Positions 28,117 through 38,311 of a DNA stretch of 64,000 nt are shown here, in pieces (the stretch's first letter is position 1; every line of letters starts with the position of its first letter). The translations under genes and the position numbers were made by a program. The stretch is taken from the IMG/VR virus record IMGVR_UViG_3300005673_000301; one strand, written 5' to 3'. Source of the stretch: a virus. The notes under the pieces were generated by a model. The model was not told the DNA's origin. It did no database searches and was given only the letters and a program-made list of their open reading frames with translations.

Positions 28117-29046
28117 ATGGCTAACACTCTCCTCACCCCCGACATTCTGGCTCGGGCTGCGCTGGCGAACCTCTACGAGCAGCTGTGCATGGTTCCGCTG
28201 ATCTACACCGATGTGTCGAGCGACTTCACTCGCACCAAGGTCGGCGACACCGTGAACATTCGCAAGCCTGCCGTGTTCACCGCGAACACCTTCGACCGTT
28301 CGGCTGGCATCACCATCCAGAACGCGACCGAAACCTCCGTGCCGGTCGTCCTGAACACCATCGAGGATGTTTCGTTCGCGGTCACCTCCGAGGATCTGAC
28401 TCTTCACCTCGAGGACTTCACCGAGCAGCTGCTCAAGCCTGCGATGGAAGCTCTCGCGCAGAAGGTTGACCGCGCTGTCATCGCCCGCGCGAAGGCCGAC
28501 TTCACCCAGGTCGCTGGCAACACCGCTAGTGGCGCCGATTTCGCGTGGTCGAAGCCGGAGGTTCTGATCGAGGCTGGCCGTCAGCTCGACATCCGCAATG
28601 TCCCGCATTCGGAGCGCGCTTCGGTGGTCGGCCCGACCACGAAGGCGAAGTGGCTGAACACTGAACTGCTGAAGCATGCCGACAAGTCGGGTTCGACTGA
28701 GGCTCTGCGTAAGGGCTCGATCGGTGACGACCTGTTCACCTTCGAGGCGTTCATGACTCAGAACATCGTGCAGCCGGCGACTTCCCCGACCTCGGGGCAG
28801 CCGACCACCGAGGTTGGTTTGGCGTTCCATCGGACCGCGCTGGCTCTGGCTTCGGCTCCGCTGGCGGCTCCGTCGGATGGTTCCTGGCATGCGGTGGAGT
28901 CCTACAAGGGGCTGTCGCTGCGCCTGGTGAAGGACTACGACATCAACAAGAAGCAGGACGTCATCTCTCTCGACATCCTGTTCGGCACCAAGACTCTGGA
29001 TGCGAACCGCGGTGTCCTGCTCCGCGGTGACCTCGTCGGCGAGTGA
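28117..29046 (+). CDS. Major capsid protein
   Basis: MANTLLTP, GDTVNIRKP, DINKKQDVISLDILFG (P22-coat-like family). Confidence 0.9.
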   Translation: MANTLLTPDILARAALANLYEQLCMVPLIYTDVSSDFTRTKVGDTVNIRKPAVFTANTFDRSAGITIQNATETSVPVVLNTIEDVSFAVTSEDLTLHLEDFTEQLLKPAMEALAQKVDRAVIARAKADFTQVAGNTASGADFAWSKPEVLIEAGRQLDIRNVPHSERASVVGPTTKAKWLNTELLKHADKSGSTEALRKGSIGDDLFTFEAFMTQNIVQPATSPTSGQPTTEVGLAFHRTALALASAPLAAPSDGSWHAVESYKGLSLRLVKDYDINKKQDVISLDILFGTKTLDANRGVLLRGDLVGE

Positions 29047-29079
29047 TCGCTCTCGGCACCTTCTGGGAAGCCTGATCGA

Positions 29080-29112
29080 AACCCAGCGGGCGGCACCACC
29101 GCCCGCTGGGTT
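29080..29112 (+). terminator. Hairpin after capsid gene
   Basis: Perfect 14-bp inverted repeat AACCCAGCGGGCGG/CCGCCCGCTGGGTT. Confidence 0.55.
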
Positions 29113-29126
29113 CACCTGATTGTGAG

Positions 29127-29390
29127 ATGAAACAGTTGCATTACTACCAGTATTCGCACAATCCGAGCTGGATCGTGGAATCTGAGACCCCGCGCCCGGA
29201 TCTGTTGGCGTGGGCGTACTGGTCTGAGGTTGAAGCACCCGCGAAGGTTGCAGACACCAAGCCGGAACCGGCACCTGGCCACGACGAGCACGGCCACTCG
29301 GCCGCCGCTCCTTCGGATGCGGAACCGGCTGCTAAACCTGCTCCTGTTAAGCGTGCACGGCGTACACCGAAAGCGCAGGCAGGCGAATAG
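29127..29390 (+). CDS. Hypothetical protein (head region)
   Basis: Position; Pro/Ala/Lys-rich tail. Confidence 0.6.
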   Translation: MKQLHYYQYSHNPSWIVESETPRPDLLAWAYWSEVEAPAKVADTKPEPAPGHDEHGHSAAAPSDAEPAAKPAPVKRARRTPKAQAGE

Positions 29391-29393
29391 CCC

Positions 29394-29810
29394 ATGCCGA
29401 TCTACGCAGAACCCGACCACCTGATGGACGGGTGGCTGGCCGAGCAACCCGACGAAGACCACGCACGCCTGCTGCTGAGGTTCGCATCCGACCTCGTGCG
29501 AGACGCCACCAAATGCGACCTGTACGAGACCGAACCCAACGGGCTCCCAGTCGACCTCGACATCCTCGAGGCCATGCGGGACGCCACCTGCGCACACACA
29601 GCAATGTGGATACGCGCAGGGATCGACCCAGCAGCCGGGGCAGTAGGCCGCCCCGCCGCGATCGCAGCCCAATCCGCTGACGGTGGCAGCGTCACCTACG
29701 GCGAAACAGTGACAGGCGCAGAAATTCAGGCATCGCTGCAACGCCTGTCCGGTGCGGCGCTACGCATTCTGCGGAACGCAGGGTTGGCGTCGACGAGGCC
29801 ACGCACATGA
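29394..29810 (+). CDS. Head-to-tail adaptor
   Basis: ASDLVRDAT, MRDATCAH, ILRNAGL; position. Confidence 0.7.
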   Translation: MPIYAEPDHLMDGWLAEQPDEDHARLLLRFASDLVRDATKCDLYETEPNGLPVDLDILEAMRDATCAHTAMWIRAGIDPAAGAVGRPAAIAAQSADGGSVTYGETVTGAEIQASLQRLSGAALRILRNAGLASTRPRT

Positions 29811-30169
29811 ACTATCCGCACCCAACATTCCCAGGCGGGATCGTGGTGACGGTGTTGCGCGGCAGTGACCGCAACTGGGAAGGCGACCCCAGTGAGAGCG
29901 AAACTACTCACCGTGTGGGGCCGTGTGACGTGAAGTGGGGCACCGACACCGAAGACAACACCGACGGCGAACAGCTGGTGTTGTCAGCACGGGTCACCGC
30001 CCCCCACGGCTCCGATGTGCAGTCCGGTGACCGCATCCGATTCCCCGACGGCCGTGTGTTCGTCATCGACGGGCAGGTACGCGAAACACCTAACCCTTTC
30101 ACGGGCTGGTCTACCGGGGTGCGGTTCACGATCGCGAAGGACGGCACCAGTGGACTACGACGCAGCTAG
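29807..30169 (+). CDS. Head-to-tail stopper
   Basis: APHGSDVQSGDRI, NPFTGW; position. Confidence 0.7.
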   Translation: MNYPHPTFPGGIVVTVLRGSDRNWEGDPSESETTHRVGPCDVKWGTDTEDNTDGEQLVLSARVTAPHGSDVQSGDRIRFPDGRVFVIDGQVRETPNPFTGWSTGVRFTIAKDGTSGLRRS

Positions 30170-30449
30170 CTTCAACCTCGACACCACCTATATGCGGTCC
30201 TCGGAAGAACTCGCCGAGTTCGCGTTGGAGATCGCTGAACAGGGCGCTGACCGGTGGTCGATGCGGTCTAGGTGGCGGACCGGGTTCAACGCTACGAACG
30301 TCACCGCGCACGCCGGACCAGGGGATAGCGGTGACATCGAAGGCGTCACCTACGCCTCCGGTTATTATGCGCGGTTCCGTGAACACGGAACCCGCTGGAA
30401 TAGGCCCGAACACGTGATGAGGGACTTCATCCGCGAAGTCGAGGGGTGA
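30150..30449 (+). CDS. Neck/tail-completion protein
   Basis: YARFREHGT motif (HK97 gp10-like); position. Confidence 0.6.
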   Translation: MDYDAASFNLDTTYMRSSEELAEFALEIAEQGADRWSMRSRWRTGFNATNVTAHAGPGDSGDIEGVTYASGYYARFREHGTRWNRPEHVMRDFIREVEG

Positions 30450-30832
30450 CCATCGTGGCTTTACCGCCTTATCCCGAGTTCGACGAAGTGATGCGTGCAT
30501 TACTCGACGACCTCGCCCCCGTGGTCACGTGGGTCGACGACAAAACCCCTATCCCACATATTTTCGTGACCCGAGTCGGTGGCCGCGAAGACGGCATGAT
30601 CGACAACCCGATCATCGACACCGAATACGTCGCCGAAACCCGCGCAGCATCGAAGGATTTGAAAACCGCTGGGCAGGAACGCATACGCAACGCAGGCAAC
30701 ACCGCGCCAGGCGGGTTCCTGATCGACGTGGCCGAAGAAGTCACTGGCGGCCAATACATTCCACCGTTTCAACGGCAGGCACGCGGAGTGACAGCCACCA
30801 ACCGGCTGTCCTACCGCAGGCCCCGTGACTAA
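30446..30832 (+). CDS. Tail terminator
   Basis: VTRVGG motif; precedes major tail gene. Confidence 0.7.
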   Translation: MTIVALPPYPEFDEVMRALLDDLAPVVTWVDDKTPIPHIFVTRVGGREDGMIDNPIIDTEYVAETRAASKDLKTAGQERIRNAGNTAPGGFLIDVAEEVTGGQYIPPFQRQARGVTATNRLSYRRPRD

Positions 30833-30913
30833 CTAACGCAAACACAGGCACCACCCCCGCACCAACTTCTGGGTCGGGGGTTTCTGGCGTGCCTTGACAT
30901 CGAGGAAACCTCA

Positions 30914-31825
30914 ATGGCAGCAACAAACTTTGACGACCTCGCCGACTGGCAGCAGAGCCTGCTGCGGCGCCCCAACAAGGGTTTCGTCCTCATCGGCGGC
31001 CCCAACGCCACCATCCCCGCAAGCTTCACCAGCGGTGTCAGCGCGGAGTTCCAGGAACTCAACGACTTCGAATCCCTCGGCTACATCGCCAAGGACGCTC
31101 CCCCGTCGTGGCGTCCTGAGGTGCAGTCCAGCGACATCGAGTCCTGGGGTGCCCTGGAACCGCCCCGCACCGACATCATCTCCCGCGACATGAGCGTCTC
31201 GTTCACTGCGCAGGAAACCCGCCGTAGCGTCCTCGAACTGTACTCGGGTATCGACCTGTCGGCGATCGAAGCGGACGCCACCACCAAGGAACTCCAGTAC
31301 AACGACCCGACCGCCCCCGCGACCCGGTACAACCGGTTCATCTTCGGCGCGGTCGACGGCGCAGGCGCAGACACCATCTACATTCTGCGTGTCCTCCCCC
31401 GCGCGACCGTCACCGAAATCGGTGAACAGTCCTGGTCCCAGGACGGTGCGATGGCCTACAACATCACGTTGAAAGCCAAGATCGACTCGGCCCTCGGCTA
31501 CTCGGTCAAGCACGTGTTCTGCGGTCCCGGCATCGCCTCCCGCCTCGGCGCGATGGGCTTCACCGCTATCGCCGCGGTCCCGGTCATCACCTCCCATGTC
31601 CCGGCCGGCACCCTCGCCGCCGCGGGTGGGGATTCGGTGGCGCTGCTCGGCCAGCATTTCACCGGCACCACCGGTGTCACTGTCGGTGGCGACGCTGCGT
31701 CGTTCACGGTCATCAACGACACGACCCTGTCGATCGTCACTCCACCGAAGTCCGCTGGCGCCCACAACGTTGTGGTCACCAACGCGACCGGTCCGTCGGC
31801 GAACTACTCGGTCACCTACGCCTAA
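30914..31825 (+). CDS. Major tail protein with C-terminal IPT/TIG Ig-like domain
   Basis: IESWGALEPPRTDI; AAGGDSVALLGQHFTGTTGVTVGG. Confidence 0.88.
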   Translation: MAATNFDDLADWQQSLLRRPNKGFVLIGGPNATIPASFTSGVSAEFQELNDFESLGYIAKDAPPSWRPEVQSSDIESWGALEPPRTDIISRDMSVSFTAQETRRSVLELYSGIDLSAIEADATTKELQYNDPTAPATRYNRFIFGAVDGAGADTIYILRVLPRATVTEIGEQSWSQDGAMAYNITLKAKIDSALGYSVKHVFCGPGIASRLGAMGFTAIAAVPVITSHVPAGTLAAAGGDSVALLGQHFTGTTGVTVGGDAASFTVINDTTLSIVTPPKSAGAHNVVVTNATGPSANYSVTYA

Positions 31826-31923
31826 CCCTAGGCGCCTCTAGCTCCTGTCCCGCGCGTGTTTCCTGGCCGCGCGCGGGACAGGCCCCACCCCCTTTTCTGT
31901 CGTCCAGGACCAGGAGACATGTG

Positions 31924-32100
31924 ATGGCTAAACAGACTTTCAAAATGATCGCCCCGGACGGGCGTGAATGGACCGCCAGCAATCCGGTCGAACGGGAACA
32001 GCTCATCGGCCGTGGCTACCGCCTCGCACCCGAACCTGCCCCCGAACCCGCCAAGACGGCACCGGTCCCGGTTGTGAAACCGCGGCCCGCATCCAAGTAA
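31924..32100 (+). CDS. Small hypothetical protein
   Basis: AGGAG RBS; MAKQTFKMIAPDGRE...GRGYR. Confidence 0.55.
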   Translation: MAKQTFKMIAPDGREWTASNPVEREQLIGRGYRLAPEPAPEPAKTAPVPVVKPRPASK

Positions 32101-32127
32101 CCCGTTTCTGCCAGGAGACAAACAACG

Positions 32128-32511
32128 ATGGCTACCCCCCGTAAGAAGATCGAACCGGCTGCGGTGTCGCGTTTCGCGCGACTGCGTGACGAAGCACGCG
32201 CGAAAGCGAAGAAGGTCGAACCGTATGTGTTCGACGAAACCGCGACACCGCCGGTCGTGATCGAAGCACCCAACACTGTCGGGAAACTGACTAGGATCGC
32301 CGCCATTTTCGACGCCGACCAAGGTCGGTTCGAGATCGGCAACATGATGGCCTTGTTCGAAACGCTCTGTGGTGACGCCTATCCGGTGATTTGGCCGCAG
32401 ATCGAGAACGAACCGATCGAGGTCATGCAGGACCTGTTGGACGACATCAACGACCATTTCGGCGGCATCCTCGGTGGTGTTGAGGACACTGATGTGTCGG
32501 GGGGCGCCTAG
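32128..32511 (+). CDS. Tail assembly chaperone (short form)
   Basis: Between major tail and tape measure genes; AGGAG RBS. Confidence 0.8.
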   Translation: MATPRKKIEPAAVSRFARLRDEARAKAKKVEPYVFDETATPPVVIEAPNTVGKLTRIAAIFDADQGRFEIGNMMALFETLCGDAYPVIWPQIENEPIEVMQDLLDDINDHFGGILGGVEDTDVSGGA

Positions 32512-32954
32512 CCCTCGTACTCCTGATCGAGGAGTACGGGGAGGAAATCGAATACGACCTCCAACAAGTTCTGAACGTTGATCTGCTCGACTACTTCCGT
32601 GGTGTGCGGCCGTGGGGGCAGTTGGTTCGGTTTCTGAAACGTCTACCACCGCACGGGCATTACCAGTCGGCGATGGCGATGGACGAGGAGATCGGGCGGG
32701 CGCGCGCGGAAATGCCGCGCCCCGACCTCGGTCAGCCACCGACACCGTTGGGGTATTCGCTTCCGGTTTTGCTGATGTTGCGGCAGATCGACTTGACGAA
32801 GGAACTGTTGCGGGTGATCCCTGCATCGTTCTCTGGGAAGTTGCCGCCACCGATGCCGCCGGAGCCGCGCCCACAGACCGCGGAAGAACGCATCCGCGAC
32901 GAAATCGAAACCCTCAACTTGCATAGCGCTGTCTCGAAACTGTTGGGGCGTTAA
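32128..32954 (+). CDS. Tail assembly chaperone, -1 frameshifted long form
   Basis: G GGG GGC at 32499-32505; the -1 frame reads RLALVLLIEEYGEEIEYDLQQ...DYFRGVRPW. Confidence 0.75.
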
Positions 32955-32982
32955 CACATTTGAACACTAGTGGAGGCCGCGT

Positions 32983-35900
32983 ATGGCGACACAATGGCCA
33001 GCCTACTCTGCGGGTTCCGCTAGGATCACGATCCGTCCGCAGCTGTCCGACGATTTTCGGGCACGGTTGCGGGCACAGTTGGCTCCGATCAAGGAGTCGC
33101 TGAAAGTCACGGTTGAACCGAAACTGGTTGCCGGGTTCAAAACGACTCTGCAAAACCAGGTTGTTGCCGCGACACAGGGTGTGTCGGGGCAGGTGGTGTT
33201 CAAACCGAAACTGGTGTCGACGTTCCGGTCGGAGTTGTCGACCGCGGCGAAGCAGGCAGCGGCGTCGGTGCGCCCGCAGATCACGGTGTCACCGAAGCTG
33301 TCGAACGGGTTCAAGTCATCGCTGCGTTCGGCGGCGCATACTGCTGCGGAGGGCGTGACCGGTCAGGTTGTGTTCAAACCGCGGCTCGCTGCGGGGTTCC
33401 GTAACGAGCTCGCGGCGAAGGCGCGGGCGGTCGCTGAGACGATCCGCCCGCATGTCGAGTTTGAGCCGAAACTTGCGGCAGGATTCAAAACCGCTATCCG
33501 TAACAAGGTTTCGGGTGCCACGACGGGTGTCGGCAAGGTCGATTTGCCGGTTGATGTGGATTTGGCTGCCGCGACAACGAAGCTGAACACATGGCGGGCC
33601 GCGATGACTGCGGTTCCCTTGACGTTCAACGTGGATGTCGATACAGGGTCGGCTGTCGCCCAGTTGATGGCGTTGCGGGCGTTGGCGGGGTCGATCGGCA
33701 ACACCATCAACGGTCTCGGCGGTTCGGGTGGTATTTCTGGTGCCGCGCGTAGGCTCCGCGGGAACATCTTCACTCGTCCCGTTCGGGCGATCCGGCTACG
33801 AATCGAGTTGGACCGCGCCTCTATTGCGGAGGCTGAGGCCGATCTTGCGCGTATCCGGTCCAGGTTGTCGCAGGACCGGCAGAAGGTGGTTGACGCCACC
33901 GATCGTTTGACCCTCGCGGAGCGTCGCTACAGCGAAGTAATGGCGAACTCGGGTGCATCCGAGTCGAGGAAGATCGCCGCCACTCAGGCATTGACCCGCG
34001 CCCGACGGGCACTCGCCGACGCGAACAGTCGTGTCGGGTCCGGGATGGACGACGAACACAACGCCCGACGCAACCTCGACAGGACACGCGAACGCGGCAG
34101 CGGCATCGGTCGACTCATTGGTGCGGGCTTGTCAGGGCTCGGTTCGGCAGTCGGCGACATGGCGAAGAATATGCTCTCGTTTTCCAACGTGGTGAACGTG
34201 GCTCTCATCGGGCTTGTCGCTTTGGCTGCGGTGTCGCTGATTCCGTTGATCGGGCAATTTATCCAGGCTGCTGGTGTGGTGGCGTTGCTGCCTGCCGCGT
34301 TCGCTGGCATCGCAGCTGTCTTGGCGCCGGTCATCATCGCTGTTCAGGGTGTCGGTGGCGCGTTCTCCGCTGCCGGTAAGGCCGCTGACTCTGCAGGCGA
34401 GGACATGGAAGCCCGGTCGAAAGCCGTCGCTGCTGCACAGAAGCAGGTGGCATCGGCGACGAAGGGCGTCACGTCCGCGCAGAAGGGCATCGTGTCCGCG
34501 GAGCGTGGTGTACGGGATGCGCAGAAACGGTCGCTGGATGCGCAGAAGAACCTGACCAAGGCTCGTGAGGATGCCCGCAAAGGGATCGAAGACCTCAATC
34601 GGTCGCTGCGCCGCACTGCTCTCGATGAGGAGGGCGCAGCTCTTTCTGTGGCTGAAGCGCAGCGTGAGCTGTGGCGGACGTTTATGGACCCGGAGTCGGA
34701 TGCGATCGATCGTGCCCGTGCGCAACACAATGTGAAGCAAGCGCTCGCCGATCAGCAGGACACCATCGAACGGACCCGTGACCTGGCCGACCAGGCCGCC
34801 GAAGCCAACCGCAAAGGTATCGAGGGATCGGATCAGGTTGTCGCCGCGCACGAGCAGGTCGCAGCAGCGGCTGAGGGGGAGCAGGACGCCCAGGATCGGT
34901 TGGTTGAGGCGCATGAGCGGCTAGCTGAGGCGCAAGCCGAGTTGGTGGAAGCTCAGCAAGAGGTCACGAAAGCGATGACCGAAACCTCCTCTGCGGCTTC
35001 CGAGTTCGACAAGGCGATGGCGAAACTGTCGCCGAACGCCCAGGATTTCGTGCGCCGCATCTTGGAGATGCGCGAGTCGTTCGGCGCGTTGAAGCGCGAT
35101 CTCCAAGACAGGTTTTTCGATGGCCTCGGCGAGTCTATTCAAAACCTCGGCAACAGTTGGTTGCCTACCCTGCGTACTGGCCTTGGTGGCATCACTACCG
35201 AAATCAACCTCGGGCTCCGGCGCGCGTTCGCGGACCTCAGCACCGAAGCGTCTCGAAGCAAGCTGGCGGACATCTTCGAGAACGTGCGCCTCTCAATCGG
35301 CCCAACCCTTGACGGACTGAACAACCTATTTCAGGCGTTCTTGTCACTCGCTCAGGTCGGGTCCAGCTTCATGCCGAGCGGGGCGAACAGCTTCCTTGAG
35401 ATGACCGAACGGTTCCGAAAGTGGGCTGAATCGCCTGAGGGGCAACAGAAGTTCAAGGACTTCCTCCGGGAATCTCTTCGTACTTTCAACCAGCTTTGGA
35501 ACCTCGGGAAAAAGCTAGTCGGGCTGTTCCGGGTCATTTTCAGCGGGTCCGATGAGACTGGCGAAGGCTGGGTCGAGTCGATGGCGAACACCTTCGACCG
35601 CTGGACGAAGTTCCTTGAGTCGCCCGAAGGCCAGCAGAAGATGAAGGACTTCTGGGAAGACGTCGAGGACACCGTAAACGCCATCTCAACGGCCATCAGC
35701 TGGATTATCAAGCTCATCGACAAGGTCGAAACCTCGCCACTCGGCAGGCTGATGGATCTTGGCGACGAGGACAAATCGGCAGGGGAGAAGGCCGGCGGGG
35801 TCGGTAGCGCGATCTGGAACACGATGCCGATCGTCACTGGCGTTAAAGCAGCCGATTCCGTCGCAGAAGACACTATCGGGTTTAGCCCGCTGGAGCATTC

Positions 35901-38307
35901 GGTCTTCTCCCTGCCGGAGAAGTTCGGGCAAGTCCGGACCAAGGTTGGTGAAGTTGCTGGGGGCCTGAAAGAAGACCTGTCTCGCTTCGGCGTCGGGCTT
36001 GTCAGCTGGGCCACAACCACCGGCACTGACATAGGAAGCAAAATCGGTGGTGCGTTCACCGGCATCAGGGAAACAGCGGGCAACGTCGGTGATTGGTTCT
36101 CCAACAACCTGGTCCCAACCTTCGGCGGAGTGCTCGGCGGGTTTGTCACCAACATGGGGACCAAACTCACCGAAGGCGGCGGATTCTGGGGCGGATTCCA
36201 AGGAGCCGTTTCCGGTGTCATCGGGCAGATCATCGGTCCCGGCGTCCTCGGAAAGCTGCGCGAGAAGTTCGATGAACTCCCCGGATTTTTCAAAGCCATC
36301 GTCGCTGGTATCAGCGGCAACTGGGGTGCCCTCGCTGGCCACCTCACCGGCCCTGTTAACGCGGTGATCGGCATCCTGAACGGGTTCGGCGACATTTGGA
36401 ACAAGGTCGCCGACAAACTCGGGTTGCCGAAATGGGACCCACTGCCTGAGATCGGGACACCCGCGCCGACGGGGCAACCACCTTCGGCGGGACCGGAAGG
36501 GCCTGCTCGGTCTGCGCGTTGGATGGGTGGCGCCATCGAGGGCGGTGTCCGCGGTCGTGACTCAGTGCCGATTATGGCGATGCCCGGCGAGCATGTGTGG
36601 ACCACCGCTGAGGTAGCTGCCGCAGGCGGCCACCAGGCCATGTATCGGATGCGGCGATCTGTCCTCAAGACCGGTGGCCGTCAGTCATCTCCGGATGGGC
36701 CGGTCGGGAAATACGCTGACGGTGGCATCGTCTCCACCAGTGATCCGCTCGACCCGATCCAGCTGCACCTGTGGGACTTGGTCCGCGACGCCATCCCGGG
36801 AGCGATCCTCACCAGCGCGAAACGGTTCGCGGATGTCGGGTCAGGTTACGACCTGCACATGCAGGGCAAAGCCATCGACCTCGGTGGCCCCATGCAGGAC
36901 ATCGCCCGCTGGATTTACAACACCTACCCGCAGTCCGCGGAGCTGATTCACTGGCCGTTGAACGGTTGGCAGAACCTCGACGAAGGTGCCCCGTTTGACT
37001 TCGGGCCGGCGACGAACGCCCAGCACGCGGACCATGTGCATTGGGCTGCGAACGACTTCCTGACTCCGATGTCGGAGGAAGAACGCCAGGGATTCCTCGA
37101 GCGTGTGAAGTCGGGGTTGGGTGCGATCGTTTCGCGTGGCCGGTCGTCGTTCACGGATTTGTTGTCGCGACCGTTGATGGCTGCGGTGGATCGGGTTCCT
37201 GATTTCCCGCAGTTCGGTGAGTTCGGTCAGATCCCGAAGGCGTTTGCCCGGAAGATGGCGGACGCGATGGTGGCTATCGTCGCGGGCCGTTCCGGTTCGT
37301 CCGGTGGTAGTGGCCCGAATGCTGATTGGCGGCCCGGTGCGGGTGCTGAGCAGTGGCGGCAGATGATGATCGACGCCTACCGCAACCAGGGGTATGAGCC
37401 GACACCGGAGAAGATTGACGCGTGGGTGCGTCAGATCCACACGGAGTCGGGTGGCGACCCGAATATTGCGCAGCAGATCGTTGACGTCAACGGTACTGGT
37501 GAAGCTGCTGGTGTTGGTCTCGGCCAGATGATCCCGTCCACATGGGCGGCTTACCGTGACCCGGCGTTGCCGGATAATCGGCGTGATCCGTGGGCGATGA
37601 CGAACGCGATGGTTCGTTACGGCGAGCGAAAATATGGTGATCGCCTGTTGGATGTGATCGGCCGCGGTCATGGTTATGACCAGGGCGGAATCCTCAAAGA
37701 CAAGCATTGGGGGTTCAACCTCTCCGGTTTGCCTGAAGCAGTGTTGACGAACCCGCAGTGGAAGATGTTCGAACAGTTCATCAACCAGATGCCGGGGTTC
37801 AACAACCGGTTGCAGGCGATCCCGCAGCCCGGCAATGGTGGCACGAACGCTGACGGTACGCCGGGCACGTTCGGTGTGCCCACGAATCCGGGTGTGGATA
37901 CGTGGGAGTCGTTGGGGCAGAAAACCCAGGACCGGTTCTCGTCGGCGTTGTCGACGGGTTTCGATGACATGCTCCAGTCGACGTTGTCGCCGTTCGGGAT
38001 TCGTGATCCGCGCTCGTTCCCTGCGGTGCAGGCGGTCACCGAGTACGGGACGACGTTGGAGTCGTGGCATCAGGCGAAGGTCGCTGCCGCGCAGGCGCAG
38101 GCCGCGTTGGCGGGGTCGGGTTACCCGGATGCGGTGGTGACGTCACCGATGGGTGCAGCTGAGGCTGTCACACCAGGCGCTGGTGGTGTCACAAACAACG
38201 ATAACTCGCGTGTCTTCAACATCTACGCGAACGATCCAGCGGATGGGTTGAGGCAGGCCCGCATGTTCGATGACCTGCATTCTTTGACTAAGACTGCGAG
38301 GAGTTAA
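32983..38307 (+). CDS. Tape measure protein with C-terminal peptidase-like and lytic transglycosylase domains
   Basis: 1774 aa, Ala-rich helical; HMQGKAIDL...HADHVHW; QIHTESGGDPN...GLGQMIPSTW. Confidence 0.93.
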   Translation: MATQWPAYSAGSARITIRPQLSDDFRARLRAQLAPIKESLKVTVEPKLVAGFKTTLQNQVVAATQGVSGQVVFKPKLVSTFRSELSTAAKQAAASVRPQITVSPKLSNGFKSSLRSAAHTAAEGVTGQVVFKPRLAAGFRNELAAKARAVAETIRPHVEFEPKLAAGFKTAIRNKVSGATTGVGKVDLPVDVDLAAATTKLNTWRAAMTAVPLTFNVDVDTGSAVAQLMALRALAGSIGNTINGLGGSGGISGAARRLRGNIFTRPVRAIRLRIELDRASIAEAEADLARIRSRLSQDRQKVVDATDRLTLAERRYSEVMANSGASESRKIAATQALTRARRALADANSRVGSGMDDEHNARRNLDRTRERGSGIGRLIGAGLSGLGSAVGDMAKNMLSFSNVVNVALIGLVALAAVSLIPLIGQFIQAAGVVALLPAAFAGIAAVLAPVIIAVQGVGGAFSAAGKAADSAGEDMEARSKAVAAAQKQVASATKGVTSAQKGIVSAERGVRDAQKRSLDAQKNLTKAREDARKGIEDLNRSLRRTALDEEGAALSVAEAQRELWRTFMDPESDAIDRARAQHNVKQALADQQDTIERTRDLADQAAEANRKGIEGSDQVVAAHEQVAAAAEGEQDAQDRLVEAHERLAEAQAELVEAQQEVTKAMTETSSAASEFDKAMAKLSPNAQDFVRRILEMRESFGALKRDLQDRFFDGLGESIQNLGNSWLPTLRTGLGGITTEINLGLRRAFADLSTEASRSKLADIFENVRLSIGPTLDGLNNLFQAFLSLAQVGSSFMPSGANSFLEMTERFRKWAESPEGQQKFKDFLRESLRTFNQLWNLGKKLVGLFRVIFSGSDETGEGWVESMANTFDRWTKFLESPEGQQKMKDFWEDVEDTVNAISTAISWIIKLIDKVETSPLGRLMDLGDEDKSAGEKAGGVGSAIWNTMPIVTGVKAADSVAEDTIGFSPLEHSVFSLPEKFGQVRTKVGEVAGGLKEDLSRFGVGLVSWATTTGTDIGSKIGGAFTGIRETAGNVGDWFSNNLVPTFGGVLGGFVTNMGTKLTEGGGFWGGFQGAVSGVIGQIIGPGVLGKLREKFDELPGFFKAIVAGISGNWGALAGHLTGPVNAVIGILNGFGDIWNKVADKLGLPKWDPLPEIGTPAPTGQPPSAGPEGPARSARWMGGAIEGGVRGRDSVPIMAMPGEHVWTTAEVAAAGGHQAMYRMRRSVLKTGGRQSSPDGPVGKYADGGIVSTSDPLDPIQLHLWDLVRDAIPGAILTSAKRFADVGSGYDLHMQGKAIDLGGPMQDIARWIYNTYPQSAELIHWPLNGWQNLDEGAPFDFGPATNAQHADHVHWAANDFLTPMSEEERQGFLERVKSGLGAIVSRGRSSFTDLLSRPLMAAVDRVPDFPQFGEFGQIPKAFARKMADAMVAIVAGRSGSSGGSGPNADWRPGAGAEQWRQMMIDAYRNQGYEPTPEKIDAWVRQIHTESGGDPNIAQQIVDVNGTGEAAGVGLGQMIPSTWAAYRDPALPDNRRDPWAMTNAMVRYGERKYGDRLLDVIGRGHGYDQGGILKDKHWGFNLSGLPEAVLTNPQWKMFEQFINQMPGFNNRLQAIPQPGNGGTNADGTPGTFGVPTNPGVDTWESLGQKTQDRFSSALSTGFDDMLQSTLSPFGIRDPRSFPAVQAVTEYGTTLESWHQAKVAAAQAQAALAGSGYPDAVVTSPMGAAEAVTPGAGGVTNNDNSRVFNIYANDPADGLRQARMFDDLHSLTKTARS

Positions 38308-38311
38308 CCGG

